DNA of 64,000 bases from Myxococcota bacterium (lineage in GTDB: Bacteria > Myxococcota_A > UBA796 > UBA2385), in the NCBI GenBank assembly GCA_044344255.1, contig JBIJDH010000002.1:384001-448000 (forward strand), given 5' to 3'. This document shows positions 21,399 through 32,525 of this stretch, piece after piece (position 1 is the first letter of the stretch; each line of letters starts with the position of its first letter). The translations under genes and the position numbers were made by a program. The notes below the pieces were generated by a model. That model had not been told where the DNA came from and did not search any database. It worked only from the letters and a program-made list of their open reading frames with translations.

Positions 21399-24209
21399 AT
21401 GTCTTTCGATCTTGCGTCTCCCGGTTCCCCCACCCCTCCTCTCCCGGCGCTGGCCAGCCTGCTGACCGGTGAGAACGCGGTCTTCATTGACCATCAGTAC
21501 GCGCGCTGGGTCGCGGATCCGGCCTCGGTCGAGCCCGCCTGGGCGGCGATCTTCTCGGCGGAGCTCGACGATTCGCGCCGCCCCGCCGAGCGCCGGGGGG
21601 CCGGGTCGATGGCCTCGGTGGGTCCGGAGGCGGACATCCAGGCGGTGGGCCTCGCGGCGGCGCAGCGACAAGCGCGGATCGCGCAGCTCATCAACGCCCA
21701 CCGGGTCCGAGGCCACACCGAGGCCTCCATTGATCCGCTCGGGCACCTCGAGAAGGTCTACCACCCCGAGCTCACGCTCGAGTACTACGGGCTCGGCGAG
21801 GCCGACCTGGACGTCCCCGTGTACGGGCGCAACCTCAAGGGCCTCTCCGAGGTCACCTCCCTCCGCAAGATCCGCGATCGGCTGCGGAAGGCCTACTGCG
21901 GCGGCTTCGGCGTCGAGTTCATGAACATCGACCAGCCGGAGCGGAAGCGCTGGATTCAGGAGCGGGTCGAGACGCTGCAGGACTCCGACGTGCTCAACCG
22001 CGAGGAGGAGCTTCATGTCCTCCGCCAGCTCGCCGACGCCGAGGGCTTCGAGCGCCTGCTGCACAACCGCTTCCCCGGAACGAAGCGCTTCTCGGTCGAG
22101 GGCGCCGAGACCCTGATCCCCCTCCTCGACATCCTGCTCGATCACACGAGCCAGCTCGGCGCCGAACACTTTGTCATCGGTATGGCGCACCGCGGTCGGC
22201 TCAACGTGCTCGCCAACGTGCTGCGCAAGCCGATCCGCAGCATCGTGGACGAGTTCGAGGACGTCTCCGCCGACAGCTTCCAGGGCTCCGGCGACGTGAA
22301 GTACCACCTCGGCTACGACTCCGAGTACATCACGGTCAAGGGCCAGCGCGTGGGCGTCTCCCTCGCCTACAACCCCTCACACCTCGAGGCGGTCGACCCG
22401 GTCGTGGAGGGGCGGGTCCGCGCGATGCAGGACAAGCTCGGCCCCGAGGGCAAGCACAAGATCGTGCCCCTGATCATCCATGGCGACGCCGCCTTCGCGG
22501 GCCAGGGCATGGTCGCCGAGACGTTGAACCTCTCGGGCCTCGAGGGCTACGGCACGGGCGGGTCGATCCACCTCATCATCAACAATCAGATCGGCTTCAC
22601 GACCTCCCCTCGGGACGCCCGCTCCACCCCGTACTGCACCGACGTGGCGCGCATGCTGGGCGTGCCCATCTTCCACGTCAACGGCGAAGACGTGGAGGCG
22701 GTCGCGGCGGTGGTCCACCTGGCGGCGGAGTGGCGACAGACCTTCCACCGGGACGTGGTGATCGACCTCTACTGTTTCCGGCGGCACGGACACAACGAGG
22801 GCGATGAGCCCTCCTTCACGCAGCCCCTCCTCTACGACGCGATCCGCGCCCACCCCTCGCCGCGGGTGGCCTACGCCCGGCGAATGGTGGCCGAGCGGCG
22901 CTCGCTCACCGAGGAGGAGGTCAACCGTATCGTGGCGGAGAGCCAGAGCCGCCTGGAGGAGGCGCTCACCGCGCCGCGCGAGGAGCCTGGCGCCCGCGGC
23001 AACGGCTGGCGCTTCGAGGGCTCGGTGTGGGACGAGGTGGACACGCGGGTGCCCTTGGAGCGGCTCCAGGCCCTCCTCACCCAGATGAACGATCTCCCCA
23101 CTGGCTTCAGCGCCCACCGCAAGATCCAGCGCCTCCTCGAGCAGCGGGTCGCGATCGCGCGGGGGGAGCGGCCCGTAGACTGGGCGGTGGCCGAGCTGGG
23201 CGCGTACGCCACCCTGGTCGATCAGGGCCGCGCGGTGCGGCTCTCGGGGCAGGACAGCGGTCGCGGCACCTTCTCGCACCGCCACGCCGTGCTCACCGAC
23301 GTGATCAGCGGGCTCGACCACGTCCCCCTGGCTCACCTCCGAGAGGGCCAGGGCACCTTCGAGGTCTATGACTCCCTGCTCTCCGAGGCCGCCGTGCTCG
23401 GCTTCGAGTACGGCTACACCCTCGAGAGCCCGGACACGCTCGTGCTCTGGGAGGCCCAGTTCGGTGACTTCGCGAACGGCGCTCAGGTCATCATCGACAA
23501 CTTCCTGATGTCATCGGAGCAGAAGTGGAACCTCTGCTCCGGTCTGGTGATGTTGTTGCCGCATGGGTACGAGGGACAGGGGCCGGAGCATTCGAGCGCC
23601 CGCCTCGAGCGATACCTGCAGCTCTGCGCTGAAGAGAACGTGGTCGTCGCCAACATCACCACGCCGGCCAACTTCTTCCACCTGCTGCGTCGCCAGTCCT
23701 TGCAGCGCGTGCGGAAGCCCCTCGTGGTGATGTCGCCCAAGTCCTTGTTGCGCCACGCCGAGTGCGTCTCGACGCTCGAAGAGCTGTCGGAAGGACACTA
23801 TCAGCGCGTCATCAGCGAGACGGACGCCGATGTTCGGATCGAGTCCGTTCATCGAGTCGTGTTCTGCTCGGGCAAGGTCTACTACGAGCTCCGGGAGGCC
23901 CGCCGCGCCCGGGGTGTCTCGGACGTGGCCCTCATCCGGCTGGAGCAGCTCTACCCGCTGCCCGCCGACGAGATCTGCGCCGTGCTCGCCGCCGCGCCCG
24001 CGGACGTCGAGGTCGCCTGGTGCCAGGAAGAGCCCCGCAACATGGGCGCCTGGCCGCTGATGGACGAGTGGATGTCGGAGGTGCTCGGCGGTCGCCCTCC
24101 GCGGTACATCGGGCGCCGTCGGGCCGCCGCGGCGGCCACCGGATCTCCCAAGCGCCACCGCACCGAGCAGGCCGCCCTCATCGACGAGGCCCTCGCCCCG
24201 CGCCCCTGA
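21399..24209 (+). CDS. sucA: 2-oxoglutarate dehydrogenase E1
   Basis: GTKRFSVEG, GMAHRGRLNVL, GDVKYHLG, HGDAAFAGQG, HGHNEGDEP, WEAQFGDFANGAQ, LPHGYEGQGPEHSSAR. Confidence 0.97.
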   Translation: MSFDLASPGSPTPPLPALASLLTGENAVFIDHQYARWVADPASVEPAWAAIFSAELDDSRRPAERRGAGSMASVGPEADIQAVGLAAAQRQARIAQLINAHRVRGHTEASIDPLGHLEKVYHPELTLEYYGLGEADLDVPVYGRNLKGLSEVTSLRKIRDRLRKAYCGGFGVEFMNIDQPERKRWIQERVETLQDSDVLNREEELHVLRQLADAEGFERLLHNRFPGTKRFSVEGAETLIPLLDILLDHTSQLGAEHFVIGMAHRGRLNVLANVLRKPIRSIVDEFEDVSADSFQGSGDVKYHLGYDSEYITVKGQRVGVSLAYNPSHLEAVDPVVEGRVRAMQDKLGPEGKHKIVPLIIHGDAAFAGQGMVAETLNLSGLEGYGTGGSIHLIINNQIGFTTSPRDARSTPYCTDVARMLGVPIFHVNGEDVEAVAAVVHLAAEWRQTFHRDVVIDLYCFRRHGHNEGDEPSFTQPLLYDAIRAHPSPRVAYARRMVAERRSLTEEEVNRIVAESQSRLEEALTAPREEPGARGNGWRFEGSVWDEVDTRVPLERLQALLTQMNDLPTGFSAHRKIQRLLEQRVAIARGERPVDWAVAELGAYATLVDQGRAVRLSGQDSGRGTFSHRHAVLTDVISGLDHVPLAHLREGQGTFEVYDSLLSEAAVLGFEYGYTLESPDTLVLWEAQFGDFANGAQVIIDNFLMSSEQKWNLCSGLVMLLPHGYEGQGPEHSSARLERYLQLCAEENVVVANITTPANFFHLLRRQSLQRVRKPLVVMSPKSLLRHAECVSTLEELSEGHYQRVISETDADVRIESVHRVVFCSGKVYYELREARRARGVSDVALIRLEQLYPLPADEICAVLAAAPADVEVAWCQEEPRNMGAWPLMDEWMSEVLGGRPPRYIGRRRAAAAATGSPKRHRTEQAALIDEALAPRP

Positions 24210-24278
24210 GCGCGAGGCGCCCGCGCCGCGCGCCATCGACTGCATCGTTTGAACATTGGAATATCGGAGTGAATTGGA

Positions 24279-25559
24279 ATGGCTGCTAACTCTCGGACAG
24301 AGGTCTCCGTTCCTACGATCGGCGAGTCGATCAAGACCGCGCTGATCGGGCGTTGGATGAAGGAGATCGGGCAGAGCGTCGTCGCGGGGGAGCCGCTGTT
24401 CTCCGTGGACTCCGACAAGGCCTCGCTCGACGTCCCCGCGCCCGCCTCCGGCGTCCTGGTGGCTGTCCTCGCGCAGCCGGGAGACGAGGTCGCGATCGGC
24501 GCGGTCGTGGCCTACCTGGAGGCTGCCGCCTCCGCGGTCGCCCCGGCCATCCCCGCCTCTCCTGCGGCCGTCATCCCGGCCGCCGCGGAGGTCCCCGAGC
24601 CGCGCAACGCCACCCCCTCGGCCAAGGGCCCGCAGACGGGGCCGGCGGCGCGCCAGGTCGCGGCGGAGCACGGCCTCGACATCCAGCAGGTCGAGGGCTC
24701 GGGCGCCCGCGGGCGGGTGCTGAGCCGCGACGTGGAGGCCGCCCTGCGCCCCGCTGCGTCGCCGGTGCTCGCCGCGGTCGCCGCCCCCCTCTCGACCCCC
24801 GCGCCGGTCGCCGCCCCGGCGTCCGCCGCCGTGCCGGCTGCCGCCGGCCCCGTCGATCGCGTGCCGATGACGCCGCTTCGGCGCACGATCGCCCGTCGCC
24901 TCGTGCAGGCCCAGCAGACCGCGGCGATGTTGACGACCTTTAACGAGGTCGACCTCAGCCGGGTCATGGAGCTGCGTAAGACCTACCAGGACCGCTTCGT
25001 GGCGAAGTATGGGATGAAGCTCGGCTTCATGTCCTTCTTCGTCAAGGCAGTGACCGAGGCCTTGAAGGCCTTCCCCGCCGTCAACGCCGAGATCGACGAC
25101 ACAGACCCCGAGCGTCCCGTCGTGGTCTACAAGCGCTTCTACAACATCGGCGTGGCGGTCTCCACCGAGCGCGGCCTCGTGGTGCCGGTGCTGCGCGACG
25201 CCGACCGCCTCTCCTTCGCCGACACCGAGCGCGCCATCGCCGGCCTCGGCAAGAAGGGCCGCGACGGCAAGCTCACCCCCGACGACTTCAAGGACGGGAC
25301 CTTCACCATCTCGAACGGCGGGGTCTTCGGCTCGCTGCTCTCGACGCCCATCCTGAACCCGCCCCAGGTGGGCATCCTCGGCATGCACGCCATCCAGGAC
25401 CGCCCGGTGGGCGTCGAAGGGCGTGTCGAGCTCCGCCCGATGATGTACCTGGCCCTCTCCTACGACCACCGCATCATCGACGGCCGGGAGGCGGTGAGCT
25501 TCCTGGTGCGGGTCAAGGAGCTCGTCGAGCAGCCCGAGCGGCTGCTCTTCGAGGTCTGA
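24279..25559 (+). CDS. sucB: Dihydrolipoamide succinyltransferase E2
   Basis: Lipoyl DSDKA, E3-binding [32 protein letters not shown]. Confidence 0.97.
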   Translation: MAANSRTEVSVPTIGESIKTALIGRWMKEIGQSVVAGEPLFSVDSDKASLDVPAPASGVLVAVLAQPGDEVAIGAVVAYLEAAASAVAPAIPASPAAVIPAAAEVPEPRNATPSAKGPQTGPAARQVAAEHGLDIQQVEGSGARGRVLSRDVEAALRPAASPVLAAVAAPLSTPAPVAAPASAAVPAAAGPVDRVPMTPLRRTIARRLVQAQQTAAMLTTFNEVDLSRVMELRKTYQDRFVAKYGMKLGFMSFFVKAVTEALKAFPAVNAEIDDTDPERPVVVYKRFYNIGVAVSTERGLVVPVLRDADRLSFADTERAIAGLGKKGRDGKLTPDDFKDGTFTISNGGVFGSLLSTPILNPPQVGILGMHAIQDRPVGVEGRVELRPMMYLALSYDHRIIDGREAVSFLVRVKELVEQPERLLFEV

Positions 25560-25580
25560 GCGCGGCCGCGCCGGTCTCTC

Positions 25581-26207
25581 TCAGCCGATGTTGTCTTGCT
25601 GGTGGCTGAGGAAGACGGCGTCGGTGGAGACCGAGGTGCAGCAGAGCAGGCAGTAGCCGGCGCCGACGACGTCTTCGTCGAGCACGTACTGCTCGCCCAT
25701 CTCGAAGCGAACCTCGCCTTCGGTCTTCGCCGAGCAGGTCAGGCAGCCGCCCGCCCGGCAGGAGAAAGGGAGCAGGAAGCCCGCCCGCTCTGCCGCGTCG
25801 AGCACGTACTCACCGGGCTCGACCGAGAACGTGACGTCGAGCCCCTCCGCGGAATTGTAGACCCGAACGCGAAAGGCGGCGTCGGTGGTCTCGCGGACGG
25901 CGGCGTAGTGCGCGTTGCGGACGGGGGCGTCGGCGTGGTCGTCGGCCCGGAGCAGCGTCGCGAGCGCGACCGCGGGGATGGGCGCGGCGATCGGCGTCGG
26001 CGCGGGGGCGACCGGCGTCGGCGCGGGGGCGACCGGCGTCGCCGCGACGACGGCCTTCGGGCTGACCGGCGTCGGGACGACGGCTGGCTTCGGGCTCACC
26101 GGCGTCGGGGCGACGGCTGGCTTCGGGCTCACCGGCGTCGGCGCTGGCGCGGGGGTGCGGCCGAGGAGGCCCTGGACGGATTCACGGAGGCGGCTGCGGA
26201 GGCCCAT
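25581..26207 (-). CDS. Plant-type [2Fe-2S] ferredoxin with Pro/Ala-rich N-terminal extension
   Basis: LPFSCRAGGCLTC...LLCC; repeated PTPVSPKPAV linker; ATG 26207 preceded by GGAG. Confidence 0.85.
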   Translation of the reverse strand: MGLRSRLRESVQGLLGRTPAPAPTPVSPKPAVAPTPVSPKPAVVPTPVSPKAVVAATPVAPAPTPVAPAPTPIAAPIPAVALATLLRADDHADAPVRNAHYAAVRETTDAAFRVRVYNSAEGLDVTFSVEPGEYVLDAAERAGFLLPFSCRAGGCLTCSAKTEGEVRFEMGEQYVLDEDVVGAGYCLLCCTSVSTDAVFLSHQQDNIG

Positions 26208-26265
26208 GGATGCTCCGGAGAGGCGAGAGGCGGCACCTACCCTGCTCCCGCCGCCGGGCCACGGG

Positions 26266-27306
26266 TCAGGCCTGGGCGACGAGGTGGACGGGCTCGGGGT
26301 TGAGCCGGAAGATGAGCTCCCGACGATAACCGCTGGCCTCTCCGCCGAGCTGGTAGGGCATGGCGTCTTCGAAGACGACACGGACCCGCTCGGCGTGGAT
26401 GTCGAAGAGGCGAGGGTGGTTGAGGGTGCCTCGCCAGCAGGCGGGGAAGTGGAAGGCGGCCTCGAGGGCGCTCAGATCCATGATTCGGAGCTGAAAGAAA
26501 TCCGGCCGCAGCGTGGCGTAGGGGAACATCCGCATCCCGTAGCCGTACAGCGGGGTCGTCGCGGCGCCGAGCAGGGAGCAGCGGCCCCGGTACAAGAGCC
26601 CGCCGGTGGGGATCGGCTCGCCCAGCGGCTCCCCACCAAAGCGCAGGCGCAGCGCGGGCTTGCCGAGGTTTGTGATGCTGACCCGCGGGATGGGGCGGGT
26701 GAGGAAGTTCGGCACCGTCTTCAGCAGGCCGGCCATGAAATAGCCAGGTATTCCCTTTACGATCTCGCCCCACCACTTGCCCTTGCCCTTGCCCTTGAGC
26801 CAGTTGTAGTCGTTGAGGACCGCGGCGTCATAGCCGAGGCCGGCGAAGGGGAAGAGGACGCCCTCGCTCTCCACCATCGGCACGGTGAGCGTGCGGTGGA
26901 CCACGCCCTTCCGCCAGCGCTGCAGGTCCCGCACCGGCGCCCCGCTGCCCAGCCAATGGGCGAGGGCGTTGCCGGTGCCGAGGCGCAGCACCCCCACCGA
27001 GGGGATCGGCTGGGAGGGGCCCCGCAGGTGGCTGAGCGCGTTGATGACGTCGACGATCGTGCCGTCACCGCCCCCCGCGAAGATCGTGCTGAAGCCGAGC
27101 TCGACACAGCGCTTGAGCACTTCGGCGGAGTGCTCCTTGCTCTCGGTGAGGAAGAGGCGGTCGGCGGGGACCACCTCGCGCACCGCCGCGATCAACGCGG
27201 CCGTCACACGGCCCGCGTTCGCGTTGAGCACGACGGCGTATCGGTCGTCGGGGATCGTGTAGCGAGGCACGAGGTCCACGGGCGAGCTCCCCTTCGTCAC
27301 CCCCAC
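26266..27306 (-). CDS. Diacylglycerol/lipid kinase family protein
   Basis: VLNANAG, AGGGDGT, LRLGTGNALA, AGLGYDA, YGYG, YQLGGE. Confidence 0.85.
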   Translation of the reverse strand: MGVTKGSSPVDLVPRYTIPDDRYAVVLNANAGRVTAALIAAVREVVPADRLFLTESKEHSAEVLKRCVELGFSTIFAGGGDGTIVDVINALSHLRGPSQPIPSVGVLRLGTGNALAHWLGSGAPVRDLQRWRKGVVHRTLTVPMVESEGVLFPFAGLGYDAAVLNDYNWLKGKGKGKWWGEIVKGIPGYFMAGLLKTVPNFLTRPIPRVSITNLGKPALRLRFGGEPLGEPIPTGGLLYRGRCSLLGAATTPLYGYGMRMFPYATLRPDFFQLRIMDLSALEAAFHFPACWRGTLNHPRLFDIHAERVRVVFEDAMPYQLGGEASGYRRELIFRLNPEPVHLVAQA

Positions 27307-27318
27307 TGGGGCCTGGGC

Positions 27319-29961
27319 CTATCCGAGGAGGGTGTACACCTTCTCGAGGGCGCCGGGGAGGGCGTCGCCGTCCTTCCCGCCCGCCTGGGCCATGTCCGGG
27401 CGGCCGCCGCCGCTGCCGCCCACGAGCAGCGCCACCTGCTTGACGATGTTGCCGGCGTGGGCTCGCTTCCCGGCGAGCTCCTTCGAGACCGTCGCCACCA
27501 GCTTCACCGTGCCCCCCTCTCGGGAGCCGAGCACGATGACGGCGTTGCCGAGCTGATCGCGGAGGCGGTCGGCCTCTTCGCGCAGGGCGGCGGGATCTTC
27601 GGTGGCGATCTCGGCGGCGAGCACGTTGATGCCGTTGATCACCCGCGCCTTGGACAGGAGGTCTCCGGCCTTGAGCCGGGTGAGCTCGCGGCGGAGCTGA
27701 TCGAGCTCCCGATCGAGGCGCTTGCGGTCGTCGAGCAAGCGCTGGAGGGCGTCGGGGGCCTGATCGGGCGTCGAGCGGAGGGCGTCGGCCACCTGTCGGC
27801 CCCGCTGCTCCCGCTCCCGCACCGACAGCAGGGCCGCCGGGCCGGTGACGGCCTCGATCCTGCGTACGCCGGCCGCCACCCCCGCCTCGGAGAGGACGCG
27901 GAAGAGACCGATGTCGCCGGTGCGGCGGGCGTGGGTGCCGCCGCAGAGCTCGACCGAGAAGCCGGGGACGGCGACCATGCGCACGTCGTCTCCGTACTTC
28001 TCGCCGAAGAGGGCCATCGCGCCTGCGGCGCGGGCCAGGCTTAGGGTGGTCTCTTCGACCTCGACCGCCTCGTTGCGCAGGATCTGCCCGTACACGAGAT
28101 CCTCCACCCGGTCGAGCTCCTCCTGGGTCATCGCCCGCGGATGGGAGAAGTCAAAGCGCAGGCGGTCGGGCTCGACGAGGGAGCCCTTCTGGGCGACGTG
28201 CGTGCCGAGGACGGCCCGCAGGGCGGCGTGCATGAGGTGGGTGGCGGTGTGGTTCTTGCGGGTGCGGTCGCGGCGGGCTCCGTCGACCTCGGCCCGGGCC
28301 GCGGCCCCCGTGAGGATGACCCCGCCCACCACACGACCGAGGTGCACGATGAGCTCGGGCACGGGGCGGCGGGTGTCGGTCACCTCGAAGGTGCCGTGCG
28401 GCGTGCGGATGAGGCCGATGTCGCCGACCTGGCCGCCGCTCTCGGCGTAGAAGGGGCTGCGGTCGAGCACGAGGGCGCCGACGTCGCCCGTCTCGAGCAG
28501 GTGGACCTCCTCCTGACCCTTCACGAGGGCGGTGACGGAGGCGTCGCCGGCGTCGGTGACGTAGCCGGTGAACTCGGAGCGCAGGCCGCGGTTGTGCAGC
28601 TCATGCCACTTGTGGCCGACCGCCTGCTCGCCCGAGCCCTTCCAGGCGCTGCGCCCGGCCTCCCGCTGAGCCTCCATGTGGGTCTCGTAGCCGACCTCGT
28701 CGATGCCCACGTCGCGCTCGGCGGCGATCAGGCGGGTGAGGTCGGGGGGGAAGCCGTAGGTGTCGTGGAGGCGGAACACGACGTCGCCGGGGATGCACCG
28801 CTTGTGGTGAGGCTGCCCGTCGAGGCCGCCAAAGACCCCCTCGAGCATCTCCAGGCCGCGGCCGAGCGTGCTGCGGAAACGATCTTCTTCGGTGCGCACC
28901 GTCTCGCGCATGAAGCCGAGGCGCTCCTCGAGCTCGGGGTAGGAGGCGCCCATGTGGGCGGCCACAGCGTCTGTCGCGACGTGGAAGAAGGGCTCCTTCA
29001 AGCCGAGCTTTACGCCGTAGCGGATCGCGCGGCGCATGATGCGGCGAAGCACGTAGCCGCGGTGGTCGTTGGAGGGCGTCACGCCGTCCGAGACCAGGAA
29101 GGCGGTGGCGCGGGCGTGATCAGCGATGACCCGCAGGGCGACGTCGGTCTCTCCGCCGTCGCCGTACTGGAGGCGGGCGTGCTTGGCGATGTCGTGGAGG
29201 ATCGGCGTGAAGCAGTCGCTGTCGTAGTTCGAGTAGACCCCCGAGGTGGCCGCGGCCACGCGCTCGAGGCCGGCGCCGGTGTCGATCGAGGGGCGGGGCA
29301 GCGGGGTCAGCACGCCATCGGCGCTGCGGTCGAACTGCATGAAGACGAGGTTCCAGAGCTCGACGTAGCGGGGGCTCTCCACCGCCGGGCCACCCTCGGG
29401 GCCGAATTCTGGGCCGTGATCGTAGTGGATCTCAGAGCAAGGACCGCAGGGACCGGTGTCGCCCATCGACCAGAAATTGTCGGCGGCGCCGAGCTTCTGG
29501 ATGCGCTCCCGGGGGAGGGCGCCGAGGCTGAGCCAGAGATCGAGGGCCTCCTCGTCCTCTTCGTACACGGTGACCCACAGCCGCTCGGGCGCGAGACCGA
29601 AGGGGCCGGTCAGCAGCTCCCAGGCGTAGCGGATGGCGTCCTTCTTGAAGTAGTCCCCGAAGGAGAAGTTGCCGAGCATCTCGAAGAAGGTGTGGTGACG
29701 CGGCGTGCGCCCGACGTTCTCGAGGTCGTTGTGCTTGCCGCTGACCCGCAGCACCTTCTGCACGGTGGTCGCCCGGCTGTAGGGCCGATGCTCCTTGCCG
29801 GTGAAGACGTCCTTGAACTGCACCATCCCGGCGTTCGTGAAGTACAAGGTGGGGTCATTCGAGGGGACGAGGCTCGAGCTCTGCACGATCCGGTGGTCGT
29901 GGCCGCCGAAAAAGTCGAGGAAGGTGCGTCGGATATCGCTAGATTTTGTGGGGGCGCTCAT
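27319..29961 (-). CDS. alaS: Alanine--tRNA ligase
   Basis: FTNAGMVQFK, HHTFFEMLGNFSFGDYFK, GPCGPCSE, HTATHL, ELCGGTH, GGGRPDMAQAGG. Confidence 0.98.
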   Translation of the reverse strand: MSAPTKSSDIRRTFLDFFGGHDHRIVQSSSLVPSNDPTLYFTNAGMVQFKDVFTGKEHRPYSRATTVQKVLRVSGKHNDLENVGRTPRHHTFFEMLGNFSFGDYFKKDAIRYAWELLTGPFGLAPERLWVTVYEEDEEALDLWLSLGALPRERIQKLGAADNFWSMGDTGPCGPCSEIHYDHGPEFGPEGGPAVESPRYVELWNLVFMQFDRSADGVLTPLPRPSIDTGAGLERVAAATSGVYSNYDSDCFTPILHDIAKHARLQYGDGGETDVALRVIADHARATAFLVSDGVTPSNDHRGYVLRRIMRRAIRYGVKLGLKEPFFHVATDAVAAHMGASYPELEERLGFMRETVRTEEDRFRSTLGRGLEMLEGVFGGLDGQPHHKRCIPGDVVFRLHDTYGFPPDLTRLIAAERDVGIDEVGYETHMEAQREAGRSAWKGSGEQAVGHKWHELHNRGLRSEFTGYVTDAGDASVTALVKGQEEVHLLETGDVGALVLDRSPFYAESGGQVGDIGLIRTPHGTFEVTDTRRPVPELIVHLGRVVGGVILTGAAARAEVDGARRDRTRKNHTATHLMHAALRAVLGTHVAQKGSLVEPDRLRFDFSHPRAMTQEELDRVEDLVYGQILRNEAVEVEETTLSLARAAGAMALFGEKYGDDVRMVAVPGFSVELCGGTHARRTGDIGLFRVLSEAGVAAGVRRIEAVTGPAALLSVREREQRGRQVADALRSTPDQAPDALQRLLDDRKRLDRELDQLRRELTRLKAGDLLSKARVINGINVLAAEIATEDPAALREEADRLRDQLGNAVIVLGSREGGTVKLVATVSKELAGKRAHAGNIVKQVALLVGGSGGGRPDMAQAGGKDGDALPGALEKVYTLLG

Positions 29962-30090
29962 CGGGGACTTCACGGGAGACCTCCTGGGGCCTGCGCTGCT
30001 TCGAGGGGCCGCAGCGCGTGGGTGACCGCTTCGCGGCCCCTGTTATCCCCGCCGGTCCCGCTCGTCCCCGACGTCTTTTGGGGCCCCCGC

Positions 30091-31173
30091 TCAGTCCCAG
30101 TCTTCGGCGCCGATGCCGCGGAGGCGCAGCGAGAGCTCGTCGGGGTTGTTCACGGCTTTGAGCGCCGCCTCCTCGTCGATTACGCCGTCTTTGAGCAAGC
30201 GATAGACCGCCTGATCGAAGGTCTGGGTGCGGTAGACCTTGGTGCCGGCGGCCATGTGGTCGGGGATCTCCCGGACCCGCGTGGCGTCGCCGATACACTC
30301 CGAGATCACCCCGGTGTTCAGCATCACCTCGACGGCGGCGACGCGGCTGCCCGTCTTGGTGACGACGAGGCGCTGCGAGAGGACCGCCCTCAGGATGCCA
30401 GCGAGCTGGTGCCGCATGTGCGGCTGGTGGTGGGGCTCGAAGAAGCCGACGATGCGGTTGATCGTCTCGGGAGCGTCGAGGGTGTGGAGGGTCGCCAGCA
30501 CGAGGTGGCCCGTCTCGGCGGCCTGGAGGGCGATCTCCACGGTCTCCCGGTCGCGGAGCTCGCCCACCAGGATGACGTCAGGATCCTGGCGGAGCCCGGC
30601 GCGGAGGGCGGAGGCGAAGGTCTCGGAGTCAACCCCGACCTCACGCTGGTTGATGATGCTCTTCTTGTCGGCGAAGGTGAACTCGACCGGATCCTCGATG
30701 GTGAGGATGTGGTGGTGCAGGGTCCGGTTGACCTCCTCGATCAGCGCGGCCAGCGTCGTGCTCTTCCCTGAGCCCGTCGTGCCCGTCACGAGCACGAGGC
30801 CGCGGGGGTACTGGGCGATGTCCCGGAGGACGGCCGGCAGCCGCAGCTCGTCGAGCGTCTTGACCACAGATGGGATGGTGCGCAGGACCATCCCGATCAT
30901 CTGTCGTTGCCGAAACACGTTGATGCGGAAGCGCCCCACGCCGGGCACCTGCCAGGCCATGTCGAGGTCGTTCTGCGCCTTGAACCGGGCCCGCTGGGCG
31001 TCGGTCATGATGTTCCAGGCCATCGTGCCGATCTCTTCGTTGGTCAAGCGCGCCCCCGCGACGAGGGGGGTGAGCGCGCCTTGTACGCGGACCATCGGCG
31101 GCATCCCGACCTTCAGATGAACGTCGGAGGCCCCCTTTCGAATCGCCGCGGTGCAGATCTCTGCGAGGTCCAT
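30091..31173 (-). CDS. pilT: PilT/PilU-family type IV pilus ATPase
   Basis: [54 protein letters not shown]. Confidence 0.92.
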   Translation of the reverse strand: MDLAEICTAAIRKGASDVHLKVGMPPMVRVQGALTPLVAGARLTNEEIGTMAWNIMTDAQRARFKAQNDLDMAWQVPGVGRFRINVFRQRQMIGMVLRTIPSVVKTLDELRLPAVLRDIAQYPRGLVLVTGTTGSGKSTTLAALIEEVNRTLHHHILTIEDPVEFTFADKKSIINQREVGVDSETFASALRAGLRQDPDVILVGELRDRETVEIALQAAETGHLVLATLHTLDAPETINRIVGFFEPHHQPHMRHQLAGILRAVLSQRLVVTKTGSRVAAVEVMLNTGVISECIGDATRVREIPDHMAAGTKVYRTQTFDQAVYRLLKDGVIDEEAALKAVNNPDELSLRLRGIGAEDWD

Positions 31174-31190
31174 TCTTCGGGCTCCTGCGT

Positions 31191-31250
31191 CTGCGCCGAG
31201 GATGTCTGCGCGGAGGATGACCGCGCGGAGGATGACTGCGCGGAGGATAT
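31191..31250. repeat. 15-bp tandem repeat x4 (CYGCGCGGAGGATGA consensus) between recA and pilT
   Basis: ctgcgccgaggatgt/ctgcgcggaggatga/ccgcgcggaggatga/ctgcgcggaggatat. Confidence 0.9.
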
Positions 31251-31351
31251 CTCGTCCGCCCTGCGCCATGGGCGCGCAGGGCGTCGAGACCGTACCCAGA
31301 TCGAGAGCAGGCGACCGAGAGCAGGGGACCGGCAGCAGGCGACGCGCGCGC

Positions 31352-32389
<1,038 letters not shown>

Positions 32390-32454
32390 GGTGGGCTCCG
32401 TTCAGGGTGGGGGCGGGTGGTGGTGGGCGGTTTGCGGGCGGTGGGGCCGTCTCG

Positions 32455-32471
32455 CCTGGACACTTGTTTAG
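32455..32471 (-). promoter_or_regulatory. Putative LexA (SOS) box upstream of recA
   Basis: Minus strand CTAAACAAGTGTCCAGG matches 15/17 positions of the Myxococcus consensus CTRHAMRYBYGTTCAGS (recalled); about 65 bp before recA ATG. Confidence 0.65.
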
Positions 32472-32525
32472 TACCCGGCCACCCGCCGCCTGACAAGCCT
32501 CGAATGCGGACACAAAACGTCCGGC

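Noticed and set aside
31191..31250. Possible CRISPR array (also 48863..48952)
   Set aside because: Contiguous short tandem units without unique spacers; no cas genes
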